A stretch of DNA of 52,747 bases from Candidatus Planktophila sp. (GTDB taxonomy: Bacteria > Actinomycetota > Actinomycetes > Nanopelagicales > Nanopelagicaceae): assembly GCA_044354355.1 (NCBI GenBank), contig JBILAD010000001.1, positions 1 to 52,747 of the forward strand. Direction: 5' to 3'. The position numbers were made by a program, and so were the translations under genes. The notes beneath the pieces are model-generated. The model saw only the letters and a list, made by a program, of their open reading frames with translations. It was not told where the DNA came from and did no database searches. Positions 11,642-22,461 of this stretch are shown here, piece by piece (within the stretch, counting starts at the first letter, position 1; every line of letters starts with the position of its first letter).

Positions 11642-12342
11642 TGCCTAAGGCACCCATTGTTTTAGCTGTTGACACGCCAGAGCTAGCAACGGCAATTGCA
11701 TGGGTAAAGGCAACTCAGGATCACGTGTCTGTTTACAAGCTGGGCCTTGAGTTTTATTTAACTTTTGGAAGTGATGGCGTCAAAGCCATCAAGGATGTTA
11801 CCGATTCTGACATTTTTCTCGATTTAAAGCTCCATGACATCCCACATACTGTGCGTGGGGCCGCTAAAGCGGTTTCACATTTAGCGCCACGCTTTTTAAC
11901 AGTTCATGCATCTGGTGGTGAAGCGATGATTAGGGCTGCCGTTGAATCTTCTCCTGAAACACACATAACTGGTGTGACGATATTGACCTCATTGTCAGAA
12001 GATGATGTTTCCAGTATTGGCTTTGAAAAGAATGCTCTTGATTCTGCCGTTGGTTTGGCAAGGATTGCCGTTACAGCAGGGGCTGGCGCAATTGTGTGTT
12101 CCCCTTTGGAGATTGCTGCAATTCGTTCTGCCGTCGGATCTGCTCCCATTATTATCACTCCAGGAGTTCGTCCGGCAGATACTGCAACAGGTGATGACCA
12201 AGTTCGCACCATGACTCCGAAGGCGGCTATATCTAGTGGCGCTAATTTCGTGGTCATTGGGCGTCCTATCACGCAAAGTTGGAGCCTTGGCTCCGATGCC
12301 ATGCAGGAACGTGCCGCATACATCGCATCCGAACTTATTTAG
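11641..12342 (+). CDS. pyrF: orotidine-5'-phosphate decarboxylase
   Basis: FLDLKLHDIPHTV, TPGVRP, VIGRPI. Confidence 0.96.
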   Translation: MPKAPIVLAVDTPELATAIAWVKATQDHVSVYKLGLEFYLTFGSDGVKAIKDVTDSDIFLDLKLHDIPHTVRGAAKAVSHLAPRFLTVHASGGEAMIRAAVESSPETHITGVTILTSLSEDDVSSIGFEKNALDSAVGLARIAVTAGAGAIVCSPLEIAAIRSAVGSAPIIITPGVRPADTATGDDQVRTMTPKAAISSGANFVVIGRPITQSWSLGSDAMQERAAYIASELI

Positions 12343-12363
12343 ATTAAGCGATAGATTTATCGC

Positions 12364-13239
12364 ATGGGATTACCACCGCAGTTAACACCCGAGCAGCGTA
12401 AAGAAGCTTTGCTCAAAGCTGCCATCTCGCGTAAGCGTCGCGCTGAAGTGAAAATGAAGATAAAGAGCGGTGAATTTACTATTGATTCGATTTTGGAGTT
12501 GGCTGCAACAGATGAAGCCGTTGCCAAGATGCGCGTGAAGGAGTTGTTGGAATCACTTTCTGGTGTTGGCAAAGTGCGAGCACAATCCCTTATGGAGCGT
12601 CTTAATATTTCTCAAACACGTAGGATTCAAGGATTGGGACGACTGCAAATTAAGCAACTTCGCGAGGAGTTCATGAAAGTTACACACACAGTTAAGCCAG
12701 GCAAATTGATAGTTCTTTCAGGACCAGGTGGCGTGGGAAAAAGTACTGTCGCAAAGAAGCTACGTGAAGTGGATGATTTTTGGGTTAGCGTCAGTGCAAC
12801 AACTCGCAAACCTCGTAGTAATGAAGTCGACGGCCATGATTACTTTTTCGTCAGTGATGAGGAATTTTCTCGGATGATTAATGAGGATGAATTTCTGGAG
12901 TGGGCTGAATTTGCTGGTAATCGATATGGAACTCCACAGAAAAAAGTTGAGCAGGCATTGCTATTGGGCAGAAATGTTTTGCTGGAGATTGAAATTGCAG
13001 GTGCCAAGCAAGTTAAATCACACCTGCCTCAGTCCGTTCTTGTATTTTTAGAGCCTCCTACCTGGGAGGAGTTAGTCGCTCGACTTGTGGCTCGGGGCAC
13101 CGATAGCCCGGATAGAAGGGCTGAACGCCTCCAATTAGCCCAAGAAGAGCTAGCTGCAGCCTCATTTTTTGATGTAGTCCTGATCAATGACCAGGTCGAT
13201 AGCGTGGTGGGGAAACTGATAGAGTTAGCCCATAATTAA
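12364..13239 (+). CDS. gmk: fusion of actinobacterial integration host factor (mIHF, about aa 1-103) and guanylate kinase
   Basis: N-terminus: LPPQLTPEQRKEAL, KMRVKELLESLSGVGKVRA, RRIQGLG (mIHF). C-terminus: SGPGGVGKST, SATTRKPR, YGTP (Gmk). No stop codon between them. Confidence 0.9.
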   Translation: MGLPPQLTPEQRKEALLKAAISRKRRAEVKMKIKSGEFTIDSILELAATDEAVAKMRVKELLESLSGVGKVRAQSLMERLNISQTRRIQGLGRLQIKQLREEFMKVTHTVKPGKLIVLSGPGGVGKSTVAKKLREVDDFWVSVSATTRKPRSNEVDGHDYFFVSDEEFSRMINEDEFLEWAEFAGNRYGTPQKKVEQALLLGRNVLLEIEIAGAKQVKSHLPQSVLVFLEPPTWEELVARLVARGTDSPDRRAERLQLAQEELAAASFFDVVLINDQVDSVVGKLIELAHN

Positions 13240-13284
13240 TAGCTCTTTATTAATTGAGTATTGATCAATGAAGCGGGGTACACC

Positions 13285-13533
13285 ATGGATGGAATCACGA
13301 ATCCACCGATTGACGAACTTCTAGACAAGAGTGGCTCTAAGTACAGCCTTGTTCTATACGCCGCAAAGCGCGCTCGTCAGATCAACGCCTATTACTCTCA
13401 ACTAGGAGAGGGCCTGCTTGAATACGTAGGACCACTCGTTGAAACTCATGTGCACGAGAAGCCACTTTCAATCGCACTTCGCGAGATCAATGAAGGTCTT
13501 CTTACAATCGAAAACCTCGAACCAACAGCTTAA
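13285..13533 (+). CDS. rpoZ: RNA polymerase omega subunit
   Basis: [39 protein letters not shown]. Confidence 0.97.
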   Translation: MDGITNPPIDELLDKSGSKYSLVLYAAKRARQINAYYSQLGEGLLEYVGPLVETHVHEKPLSIALREINEGLLTIENLEPTA

Positions 13534-13543
13534 AACCTTTCCT

Positions 13544-14728
13544 ATGTCACTTATCGGCCGTGAAGTTGTCCTCGGCGTTGGTGGCGGGATAGCAGCATAT
13601 AAATCCTGTGAACTGTTGCGTCGACTTCAAGATCGCGGCTATTTGATAACTGTTGTTCCGACTCCCTCTTCTCTGAACTTTGTTGGAAAAGCAACGTGGG
13701 AAGCACTCTCTGGACGCCCGGTGAATACTCAAGTGTGGGAGAACGTTCACACAGTTCCTCATATTGCCCTGGCAGAGGCAGCCAATTTCTTTTTGATAGC
13801 ACCAGCAACAGCTGATCTCATAGCCCGACTTGCTGCTGGACGGGCAGATGATCTTCTCACTAATTTAGTACTCGCATCGGATGCTCCAAAGATGTTAGTC
13901 CCTGCAATGCATCCATCTATGTGGCTAGATCCCGCAACTATTGCAAACGTTGAAACACTACGCACTCGTGGTTTCTTGATTATGGATCCAGATGTTGGCC
14001 GACTGACTGGCAAAGATTCTGGACCAGGACGTTTCCCAGAAGTTCCAGCAATAATTGAGAGATTCGATGCTGTTACTGGAAACATTCAGGACCTAAAGGG
14101 AAAGCGTGTGCTCGTTACAGCAGGTGGAACGCGTGAGGCGATTGATCCGGTTCGTTTTATTGGTAACAAATCCTCCGGTAAGCAGGGCATTGCCGTTGCA
14201 CTGGCTGCTCGTAACCGCGGTGCACAGGTTCATCTGATTGCTGCAAATTTTGACACCTCGGATTTAGTGGGGATCGAAGTATCTAAAGTGGAGAGTGCTG
14301 CAGATATGCAGAGAGTCTTGTCAGAGCAATTTTCAATGTGCGACATATTGATTATGAGCGCTGCTGTTGCCGATGCCCGACCAAAGAATTCCTCCCTTGA
14401 AAAGATCAAGAAAGCACTGTTAGGTAGTATTGAATTAGAGGAAAACCCTGACCTACTGGCATCGCTTGTATCACTGAAGAAAGAACAAGTGATTGTTGGA
14501 TTTGCAGCAGAGACAAAGGATCACCTGCAAGAGGCTCGCAGAAAGTTAGAGGCAAAGGGCTTAGATCTAATATATGTAAATGATGTTTCTGGCGGGGCGA
14601 TATTTGGTCAGGACCAGACTATGGGTACCATTCTCTTACGCAATGATGCGGATATAGCGGTCAAGGAAGTCTCCAAAGACGCTCTCGGTAATTTACTTCT
14701 TGATCAAGCCATCCGGCAGTTAGGTTAA
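13544..14728 (+). CDS. coaBC: bifunctional phosphopantothenoylcysteine decarboxylase/ligase
   Basis: [40 protein letters not shown]; start moved to the ATG after the rpoZ stop. Confidence 0.95.
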   Translation: MSLIGREVVLGVGGGIAAYKSCELLRRLQDRGYLITVVPTPSSLNFVGKATWEALSGRPVNTQVWENVHTVPHIALAEAANFFLIAPATADLIARLAAGRADDLLTNLVLASDAPKMLVPAMHPSMWLDPATIANVETLRTRGFLIMDPDVGRLTGKDSGPGRFPEVPAIIERFDAVTGNIQDLKGKRVLVTAGGTREAIDPVRFIGNKSSGKQGIAVALAARNRGAQVHLIAANFDTSDLVGIEVSKVESAADMQRVLSEQFSMCDILIMSAAVADARPKNSSLEKIKKALLGSIELEENPDLLASLVSLKKEQVIVGFAAETKDHLQEARRKLEAKGLDLIYVNDVSGGAIFGQDQTMGTILLRNDADIAVKEVSKDALGNLLLDQAIRQLG

Positions 14729-14730
14729 AT

Positions 14731-15921
14731 ATGTCAAAGCGACTTTTCACATCAGAATCAGTAACAGAGGGACATCCAGACAAGATTGCAGATGCTATTT
14801 CAGATGCTGTGTTGGATTCACTGCTTTCTCAAGACAAGAAGAGCCGCGTAGCAGTTGAAACACTCATCACAACAGGGCAAGTCCATGTTGCTGGTGAAGT
14901 TACAACTGATGGCTATGCAGATGTGATGGGAATTGTCAGAGATACCGTTCTTGATATTGGTTACGACTCATCTGACAAAGGTTTTGATGGCAACAGTTGT
15001 GGTGTTTCGATTTCGATCGGTCAGCAATCCCAAGATATTGCACAGGGCGTCGATGATGCATATGAGCACAGAGTTGCATCTGCCGTAGATCCTTTAGATC
15101 TACAAGGTGCTGGCGATCAGGGTTTAATGTTTGGTTATGCATGTGATGATACAAAGGAACTCATGCCTTTGCCGATCTGGTTGGCTCACGCACTAGCGCA
15201 GCAACTTACTAAGGTTCGTAAGTCTTGCGCCTTGCCATACCTTCGCCCAGATGGAAAAACGCAGGTAACAATTGAGTATGACGGTGATCGAGCAATAGCT
15301 CTCAACACTGTCGTCATATCAAGCCAGCACGCCGAAGAGGTCGATGTTGCAAAGAAGTTAACACCTGAGGTTATTGAGTATGTTATTGATCCAATTTTGG
15401 CCAGCATCGATCTTCCCAAATCTGATCTTCGCACTTTAATCAATCCAACAGGTCGCTTTGTTATCGGTGGACCAATGGGAGATGCAGGATTAACCGGTCG
15501 CAAAATTATCGTTGACACATACGGCGGTATGGCTCGACATGGCGGGGGAGCATTTAGTGGAAAGGATCCATCAAAAGTGGATCGATCTGCTGCATATGCA
15601 ATGCGTTGGGTTGCAAAGAACGTGGTTGCTGCAGGTCTTGCGCGTCGCTGTGAAGTTCAGGTTGCATATGCAATTGGCAAAGCACAACCAGTTGGAGTTT
15701 TCGTTGAAACTTTCGGTACCGAGACCGTTCCAGTTGCGAAGATTCAAGACGCAGTACTTGCAGTATTTGATTTGCGTCCAGCTGCAATCATTCGTGATCT
15801 TGATTTACTACGTCCGATCTACTCTCTGACTAGCGCATACGGTCACTTCGGCCGCGAGCTTCCAGAGTTTGCTTGGGAAAGAACTGATCGCGTTTCCGCC
15901 CTACAAAACGCAATCAAGTAG
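14731..15921 (+). CDS. metK: S-adenosylmethionine synthetase
   Basis: [35 protein letters not shown]. Confidence 0.98.
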   Translation: MSKRLFTSESVTEGHPDKIADAISDAVLDSLLSQDKKSRVAVETLITTGQVHVAGEVTTDGYADVMGIVRDTVLDIGYDSSDKGFDGNSCGVSISIGQQSQDIAQGVDDAYEHRVASAVDPLDLQGAGDQGLMFGYACDDTKELMPLPIWLAHALAQQLTKVRKSCALPYLRPDGKTQVTIEYDGDRAIALNTVVISSQHAEEVDVAKKLTPEVIEYVIDPILASIDLPKSDLRTLINPTGRFVIGGPMGDAGLTGRKIIVDTYGGMARHGGGAFSGKDPSKVDRSAAYAMRWVAKNVVAAGLARRCEVQVAYAIGKAQPVGVFVETFGTETVPVAKIQDAVLAVFDLRPAAIIRDLDLLRPIYSLTSAYGHFGRELPEFAWERTDRVSALQNAIK

Positions 15922-15924
15922 TCG

Positions 15925-17805
15925 GTGGCTGCTCCGAAGCTCTTTCGATTAAAGGCTGAAGTTGCACCAGCAACTTCCGGGCCTAGAGCTTCGGTCTTGC
16001 CCTACGCACGCGTTCGAGTTGATACAGGTGTATTTCATTTAGATCAGCTCTACGATTATCAGATTCCAGAAAAACTCAGTTCTTCAATTCAGGTTGGAGT
16101 TCGGGTTCAACTACCTTTTGGTAGTCGTGAAACTGAAGGAATTGTGGTCGAGCGTGTTAGTACTCCGGAAAGAGCAGGGGATCTCAAGAGCATAACCAGA
16201 GTTCTATCAGAGATTCCTATTGCGACATTTCAGAGTCTGGATTTGATTGATCGCATTGCCAAGCATTATGCCTGCAATCCGTGGGATGTGATCCGTTCTG
16301 CGATCCCTCCACGAGTTGCCTCAGTTGATAAAACATTCATTGTCGATCAAACGCGACAATTGCATAAAGGCAAGCATTCTGTTGAATTCCAAACTCTTGG
16401 GCCGTTTAGCCAGACACATGATCAATTAGCTTCTATTGTCGCTGCCAATCGCAGCGACGGATCAGTGTTGATCATTGCTCCTGATGAGAAGGATGTGGAT
16501 CTGTTTGTTAAGGCACTTCAGATGCAAGACCTGCAGACATTAAAGCTAACTGCGGCAATGCCTCGTGAAGAGAGATATCGCAACTTTCTCCAGGCGATGC
16601 ATGGGCCGAACTCGATAGTAGTTGGAACCCGAAGCGCAATATTTGTGCCAGTCAAGAACTTAGCCACCTTAATTGTCCACAAGGAGTCTTCTCAAGATCA
16701 TTATGAGATCAGATCTCCTGGATGGAATGCACGAAAAGTCGCTCTCATTCGAGCAGAATTTGAATCGTTGAAGTTGATTCTCACTGGTTTCTCCCCATCT
16801 ATGGAGGTATCTCAGCTCATTGATGAACGCGCAGTTAAGTATTCGAATGTAAAGCAAATGGTGAACATAAGAGCATTTTCACCCAATGAAGGTGCCTTGT
16901 TGCCGGGTCGAATCTTTTCCGAAATTAAGAAGGCACTAGACAACGGTCCAGTGTTATTCATCGCACCTCGAAAAGGTTATGGAAATGCATTGCTGTGTGC
17001 TCATTGTCGAAATGTTGCATCCTGTGATTGCGGTGGTCGTCTATCAGTGTCAGCAAAAGGGAAAGCGCCTTCGTGCGTGCACTGCGGAAAAACCTTTCAA
17101 TCTTGGAAGTGTTCATTTTGTAATAGAGATAAACAGTATTTAGCTGGTCGTGGAATCGAGCGCGCAGCCGAGGAGATATCTCGAGCATTTCCAGGCTTCC
17201 CTGTTGTCATCTCAGCAGGTGAGGTCATCAAGGATCGTGTGGATGCAAAGCCGGCATTAGTTCTTGCAACTGCAGGTGCGCAACCACAAGTAGAGGGTGG
17301 TTACTCAGCGGTTGTAATCTTGGACGGAATGAGGTTCTTTTCCCATACAGATTTGCGCACCCAGGAACGTGCACGTGAGTTGTTCTTTGAGACATCCTCC
17401 CTCATATCAAAAAAAGGCATAGTCCTTCTCGTTATTGACGAATCCCATCCGGTGGTTTCTGCTATTGCCCGTTGGAATGTGGCCCCGCTGATCAAAAGAG
17501 AGCTCAGTGAACGCTCTGATCTGCATTTGCCACCATCAGTTTTTTCTACCGTACTTGTCATGGAGCAATCCATTGGCATACAGATCGTTAATGGACTGAA
17601 GAAAGCTCTAACAGATGGCCGAATTCCGGAGTCAGCTCGCATATATGGGCCGACGGAAATATCTAAAGGCCAGGTAAAAGTCGTAGTACATGCGGACATA
17701 AAGGATTCGCAAGATTTAACAGATGTTGTTCACGAACTACAGCGACGACGAAGCATTGCCAAGAAGGATCTTTTCACGCTTAGAGTTGAGCCATATTCAC
17801 TGTGA
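15925..17805 (+). CDS. priA: primosomal protein N' (actinobacterial type, degenerate helicase motifs)
   Basis: N-terminal DY..P...G.RV..PFG; VVGTRSAIF; eight-Cys zinc region; metK-priA-def-fmt synteny. Confidence 0.9.
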   Translation: MAAPKLFRLKAEVAPATSGPRASVLPYARVRVDTGVFHLDQLYDYQIPEKLSSSIQVGVRVQLPFGSRETEGIVVERVSTPERAGDLKSITRVLSEIPIATFQSLDLIDRIAKHYACNPWDVIRSAIPPRVASVDKTFIVDQTRQLHKGKHSVEFQTLGPFSQTHDQLASIVAANRSDGSVLIIAPDEKDVDLFVKALQMQDLQTLKLTAAMPREERYRNFLQAMHGPNSIVVGTRSAIFVPVKNLATLIVHKESSQDHYEIRSPGWNARKVALIRAEFESLKLILTGFSPSMEVSQLIDERAVKYSNVKQMVNIRAFSPNEGALLPGRIFSEIKKALDNGPVLFIAPRKGYGNALLCAHCRNVASCDCGGRLSVSAKGKAPSCVHCGKTFQSWKCSFCNRDKQYLAGRGIERAAEEISRAFPGFPVVISAGEVIKDRVDAKPALVLATAGAQPQVEGGYSAVVILDGMRFFSHTDLRTQERARELFFETSSLISKKGIVLLVIDESHPVVSAIARWNVAPLIKRELSERSDLHLPPSVFSTVLVMEQSIGIQIVNGLKKALTDGRIPESARIYGPTEISKGQVKVVVHADIKDSQDLTDVVHELQRRRSIAKKDLFTLRVEPYSL

Positions 17806-17825
17806 TCGATTGGTAGACTAACGCC

Positions 17826-18386
17826 ATGTCAATTCAAGAAATTCGATTTTTCGGTGATCCGGTGCTCACTACGCCTGCATCGATGGTTGTTGATTTTGAC
17901 AAGGAATTGCGTGTACTAGTCCAAGACTTAACAGACACGATGATTGATGCTCCAGGTGCTGGTCTAGCAGCTCCACAAATCGGAGTCCCTTTGCGAGTCT
18001 TTGTATGGGATGTTGATGAAGAGTTGGGTCACCTCATCAATCCTGTCTTGACTCTGAGCGAGGAGCTTCAAGAAGGTGAGGAGGGATGTCTTTCATTTCC
18101 AGAGATCCGCTATCAAACTCCTCGTGCAATGCGAGCAGTTGCTAAGGGATTCAATATGTATGGGGAGCCAATTACTGTAGAGGGTTCTGAGTTTTTAGCT
18201 CGCGCACTTCAACATGAGACCGATCATCTCAACGGAATTTTATTCATCGACAAGTTAAGTTCAGAGGATCGAAAGTTGGCGATGAAAGAGATCAGAGAAT
18301 CTGAATGGTTCAATATTGCTTCTGAACAAGGACGCACAATTCAAGTTAAAGATTCACCGCACACGATCTTCGGACGGAACTCTTAG
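17826..18386 (+). CDS. def: peptide deformylase
   Basis: GAGLAAPQIG, EGCLS, QHETDHLNG. Confidence 0.97.
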   Translation: MSIQEIRFFGDPVLTTPASMVVDFDKELRVLVQDLTDTMIDAPGAGLAAPQIGVPLRVFVWDVDEELGHLINPVLTLSEELQEGEEGCLSFPEIRYQTPRAMRAVAKGFNMYGEPITVEGSEFLARALQHETDHLNGILFIDKLSSEDRKLAMKEIRESEWFNIASEQGRTIQVKDSPHTIFGRNS

Positions 18387-19291
18387 TGCGTATCGGAGTA
18401 GCTGCTACTCCGGATGTAGCGATACCAACGTTGAATTGGTTACTGCAATCTGAGCATGAATTAGCGCTCATCATCACGCAACCAGATCGACCATCAGGTC
18501 GTGGGCGTTTGTTACAGCAATCAGTAGTCGGCACTTGGGCTCAAGAGCACGCAATACCGATCATCAAACCTGAGGGCTCACAGGAATTTGTGGGAAAGAT
18601 TGAAGAGTTGGATTTGGTCTTGACCATTGGTTATGGGGTGCTACTTCCCGAGAATGTCTTGTCTCTTCCTAGAAATGGTTTTCTTAATCTGCACTTTTCA
18701 CTTCTTCCCGCTTATAGAGGTGCAGCACCTGCTCAAAGAGCCTTGCAGAATGGTGATCTACAGACGGGCGTCTCGGTATTCCAATTAGATAAAGGGATGG
18801 ACACTGGACCTATCTTCACGCAGAAAACTATTGCAATAGATCCAATATGGAGAAGTTTTGAGTTATTACAACACCTAGCTGCGCTAGGTCCGGAGGTTGT
18901 CAGAGCTTCCTTCGAGATGATTGCAAATGGTCAAAGTTCTAGTGAACAGATTGGCATCCCATCGTTTGCACCTAAGATCACAAAAGCGGAAGCAAAAATC
19001 GATTTCACTCAGGATTGTGTACAGATTGCTAACGCAATCCGAGCTTTCACATATGAGCCTGGAGCATGGACAGTATGGAGGGATGAGCCATTCAAAATAT
19101 GTGCAACCAAACATTCAGATTTAGCGGTTGGAATACCTGGTGAGATTTCTGTAATCGATGACGCAGTCTATGTTTCTACAGGTACAAATACCTTAGAGAT
19201 TCTGCGTGTTATTCCAGCTGGTAAGAAAGAGATGGATGCAATCGATTGGGCTCGCGGAGCACGTTTGATCGGTGGTGAAATTTTTGGCTGA
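18386..19291 (+). CDS. fmt: methionyl-tRNA formyltransferase
   Basis: TQPDRPSGRG, NLHFSLLPAYRGAAP, MDTGP. Confidence 0.96.
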   Translation: MRIGVAATPDVAIPTLNWLLQSEHELALIITQPDRPSGRGRLLQQSVVGTWAQEHAIPIIKPEGSQEFVGKIEELDLVLTIGYGVLLPENVLSLPRNGFLNLHFSLLPAYRGAAPAQRALQNGDLQTGVSVFQLDKGMDTGPIFTQKTIAIDPIWRSFELLQHLAALGPEVVRASFEMIANGQSSSEQIGIPSFAPKITKAEAKIDFTQDCVQIANAIRAFTYEPGAWTVWRDEPFKICATKHSDLAVGIPGEISVIDDAVYVSTGTNTLEILRVIPAGKKEMDAIDWARGARLIGGEIFG

Positions 19292-20639
19292 GGCCCGCCG
19301 CAATACATTTAAGTCTCCGAAACCGGATGCTTCTCGCTTACTCGCCTTTGACCTGCTGACAGAAGTCAATCGCAACGAAGGATATTCAAACTTACTTTTA
19401 CCCCAAGCTTTAAATGCGAGTTCCATGGATGATCGTGATCGCTCATTAGTGACAGAACTTCTTTATGGAACTATTCGAATGCAAGGAAAACACGACTGGG
19501 TCTTGGCCCAAATCAGCGATAGACCGTGGTCCGAGGTAGATCCTGGCATTGTTGATATCTGTCGGCTCGGTGTTCACCAAATCCATGAGATGAGAGTTCC
19601 GGATCATGCTGCTGTTGCTGCAACCGTAGAAGTAGCACGAAAGCGCATTGGTGAATCAAAGGCAAGTTTTGTAAACGCACTTTTGCGAAGTGTGACACGA
19701 AAAACGATGACAGATTGGTTTTCACCGCTAGATTCCATATCCGATCCAGTTGAACGTTTATCTCTTCAATATTCACATCCAGAGTGGATCGTTTCTTCCT
19801 ATTATGATCTTTTGAAGAGCTGGGAAGAGGTAGAAGCTGCGCTGAAGATCAACAATGAGGCAGCAACTCCAACCTTGGTTTCGTGGCCAGGCTATTCAAC
19901 TCAGCAAGATCTCATCGATGTTGGGGGAGAGCCAACACAGTTTTCTCCTTACGGAGTTCATTGGAAAGGTAATCCCGGCGCACTGGATTTGATTAAGTCA
20001 CGAAAGATTGGCGTGCAGGATGAGGGCTCTCAGTTAGTTGCAGAGGTATTTGCAAAAGCAGCTACAGGCACAAGTTGGTTAGATATGTGCGCGGGACCAG
20101 GTGGTAAGGCAGCTCTTTTATCAAGTATTGCTCGACAACGAAGCATCACTTTTACGGCTAATGAAATTTCAGCTGCCAGAGCTGAACTAGTGAGCCAAGT
20201 TGTTCACGGGGACAGAGTTCTCGTGTCAGATGGGCGAACTATCGGTTCACTGACCGAAAAGTTTGATGCAATTTTGATTGATGCACCATGCACAGGTCTA
20301 GGTGCATTGCGAAGGAGACCAGAGGTTCGATGGCGCCGAACTTTGCAGGATTTGCGTGCTCTCACGCAGTTGCAACGTGAGCTAGTTGAGTCAGCTATCG
20401 AGGCTCTCAATCCTGGTGGAGTTCTTGGATATGCAACATGCTCTCCGCACCTGGCTGAAACAAGTATTCAAATTTCAGACATTAAGAAGAATCACTCTGA
20501 TCTTGTTCAAATCGCCGTCGATGAATATTTGCCTGCAGCCCTTGATGGGGCCACCCGTGATGGAGCAATGTCGTTATGGACACACAAACACGGTACTGAT
20601 GCCATGTATCTGGCGCTATTTCGAAAAGAGATTGGTTAA
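19272..20639 (+). CDS. rsmB: RsmB/Fmu 16S rRNA m5C methyltransferase
   Basis: NusB-like N-terminal domain; VQDEGSQ, DMCAGPGGK, DAPCTGLG, YATCS; exact start uncertain. Confidence 0.9.
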   Translation: MVKFLAEARRNTFKSPKPDASRLLAFDLLTEVNRNEGYSNLLLPQALNASSMDDRDRSLVTELLYGTIRMQGKHDWVLAQISDRPWSEVDPGIVDICRLGVHQIHEMRVPDHAAVAATVEVARKRIGESKASFVNALLRSVTRKTMTDWFSPLDSISDPVERLSLQYSHPEWIVSSYYDLLKSWEEVEAALKINNEAATPTLVSWPGYSTQQDLIDVGGEPTQFSPYGVHWKGNPGALDLIKSRKIGVQDEGSQLVAEVFAKAATGTSWLDMCAGPGGKAALLSSIARQRSITFTANEISAARAELVSQVVHGDRVLVSDGRTIGSLTEKFDAILIDAPCTGLGALRRRPEVRWRRTLQDLRALTQLQRELVESAIEALNPGGVLGYATCSPHLAETSIQISDIKKNHSDLVQIAVDEYLPAALDGATRDGAMSLWTHKHGTDAMYLALFRKEIG

Positions 20640-20648
20640 TATTTAGCC

Positions 20649-21317
20649 ATGACACGTGAGATTCGCATTACGCCAAGCATTTTGAATGCAGATTTCTCAC
20701 GACTTGACGAAGAAATAAGGCGCATCGCCGATGTTTCAGATCTTCTCCATCTAGATGTTATGGACGATGTATTTGTTCCTAACTTCACATTTGATTTTGA
20801 GGCGGCATCTGCAATTATCAAATCTTCGGTTCTAGCAGTTGATGCACATTTAATGGTCGCAAATGTTGATGAGATAGCGGTTCAATACGCCGAGATAGGG
20901 TGCGCCTCGGTAACGATCCATGCTGAAGCTACGAAGAACATTCCACAAACTCTAAAAAATATACGCGCAGCAGGTGCTCGATCTAGTCTTGGAATTAAGC
21001 CTAATACGGATATCTCGGATTATCAGTCAGTAATTGATGATGTAGATATGTTTCTGATTATGACTGTGGAGCCAGGCTTTGGTGGTCAAAGCTTCATGGA
21101 GAACATGATGGACAAGGTGCGCCGAACCCGAGAGATGATCGGGGATAGACCTATTTGGTTGCAGGTTGATGGCGGAATTTCGATGAAAACTATCGAAATC
21201 GCTCTAGATGCAGGCGCAGACACATTTGTTGTGGGCAGTGCTGTTTTCAACGCTCCTGATCCGGCGGCGATGGTGGTATCTCTACGAGAGTTTGCAATCG
21301 CACGCGAGAACAAGTAA
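20649..21317 (+). CDS. rpe: ribulose-phosphate 3-epimerase
   Basis: PSILNADF, HLDVMD, MTVEPGFGGQ, VDGGI. Confidence 0.97.
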   Translation: MTREIRITPSILNADFSRLDEEIRRIADVSDLLHLDVMDDVFVPNFTFDFEAASAIIKSSVLAVDAHLMVANVDEIAVQYAEIGCASVTIHAEATKNIPQTLKNIRAAGARSSLGIKPNTDISDYQSVIDDVDMFLIMTVEPGFGGQSFMENMMDKVRRTREMIGDRPIWLQVDGGISMKTIEIALDAGADTFVVGSAVFNAPDPAAMVVSLREFAIARENK

Positions 21318-21337
21318 CTCTCTAGTAAACTCACATC

Positions 21338-21601
21338 ATGAAATCATTTGATTCTTTGTGGGCTGAGCTAAGCGAAATAGCTCTGACTCGTCCCGACGGT
21401 TCTGGCACGGTCCAAGCGTTGGATGCTGGAGTCCACAGTATTGGTAAGAAGATTCTTGAAGAGGCAGGTGAGGTGTGGCTTGCTGCAGAACACGAATCAG
21501 ATGAGGCTTTGGCTGAAGAAATAAGTCAGCTTTTGTATCACCTGCAAACATTGATGCTGGCACGTGGCCTATCAATCAACGATGTTTATAAGTTCCTTTA
21601 G
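21338..21601 (+). CDS. hisE: phosphoribosyl-ATP diphosphatase
   Basis: [24 protein letters not shown]. Confidence 0.95.
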   Translation: MKSFDSLWAELSEIALTRPDGSGTVQALDAGVHSIGKKILEEAGEVWLAAEHESDEALAEEISQLLYHLQTLMLARGLSINDVYKFL

Positions 21602-21610
21602 GAGAATTCA

Positions 21611-22456
21611 ATGTTGCGTATAGCAGTCCCCAATAAAGGCTCATTAGCCGAAAGTTCCATCCAAATTCTCAAAGAAGCTGGATATCGACAACGCACTGAT
21701 AGTCGTGACCTTGTATTGATTGATAACGATAATAGTGTTGAGTTTTACTACCTACGTCCTCGCGACATCGCTGTCTATGTTGGCTCAGGTGAACTCGAAG
21801 CAGGAATTACGGGGCGTGATCTTCTGATTGATTCGGCAGCCGAAGCAGATGAGATTTTGTCGTTGGATTTTGGCGGTTCAACATTTCGTTTTGCCGGACC
21901 AGCAGATAAAGAGTGGTCAGTTCAAGATATTGCTGGAAAACGAGTTGCCACTGCTTATCCTGGTTTAGTCGAGCACAGTCTTGCGGGTCTTGGAATTAAA
22001 GCGCAGATCGTTCGCTTGGATGGGGCTGTTGAAAGTAGCGTGAGACTAGGTGTTGCAGATGTGATCGCAGATGTTGTCAGCACAGGAAATACCCTGCGCC
22101 AAGCTGGATTAAAGATATTTGGCGAGCCAATACTGACAAGTGAAGCAGTGGTAATTGCACGCAGAAATACAGCTATTCCTGCTGAGTTGGAAATTCTTAC
22201 TCGTCGCTTGCAAGGAGTTGTTACCGCTCGGCGTTATGTCTTGCTTGACTATGACATCCCCAAAGATCTTGTCGAAAAAGCGTGTGCGATTACTCCTGGT
22301 CTGGAATCACCAACAATTTCTCCCTTGCAAAAGCAAGATTGGGTAGCCGTGCGAGCCATGGTTTTGCGTAAGGAAACAAACCAAGTGATGGATGAACTAT
22401 GGGCTATCGGTGCTCGCGGCATCCTTGTTACAGATATTCACGCTTGTCGTTTGTAG
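21611..22456 (+). CDS. hisG: ATP phosphoribosyltransferase (long form)
   Basis: IAVPNKG, RPRDI, DVVSTGNTL, TPGLESPTISPL. Confidence 0.96.
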   Translation: MLRIAVPNKGSLAESSIQILKEAGYRQRTDSRDLVLIDNDNSVEFYYLRPRDIAVYVGSGELEAGITGRDLLIDSAAEADEILSLDFGGSTFRFAGPADKEWSVQDIAGKRVATAYPGLVEHSLAGLGIKAQIVRLDGAVESSVRLGVADVIADVVSTGNTLRQAGLKIFGEPILTSEAVVIARRNTAIPAELEILTRRLQGVVTARRYVLLDYDIPKDLVEKACAITPGLESPTISPLQKQDWVAVRAMVLRKETNQVMDELWAIGARGILVTDIHACRL

Positions 22457-22461
22457 CTCTA

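Noticed and set aside
14700-14731. SAM riboswitch before metK
   Set aside because: Only 2 nt separate coaBC and metK; no room or motif
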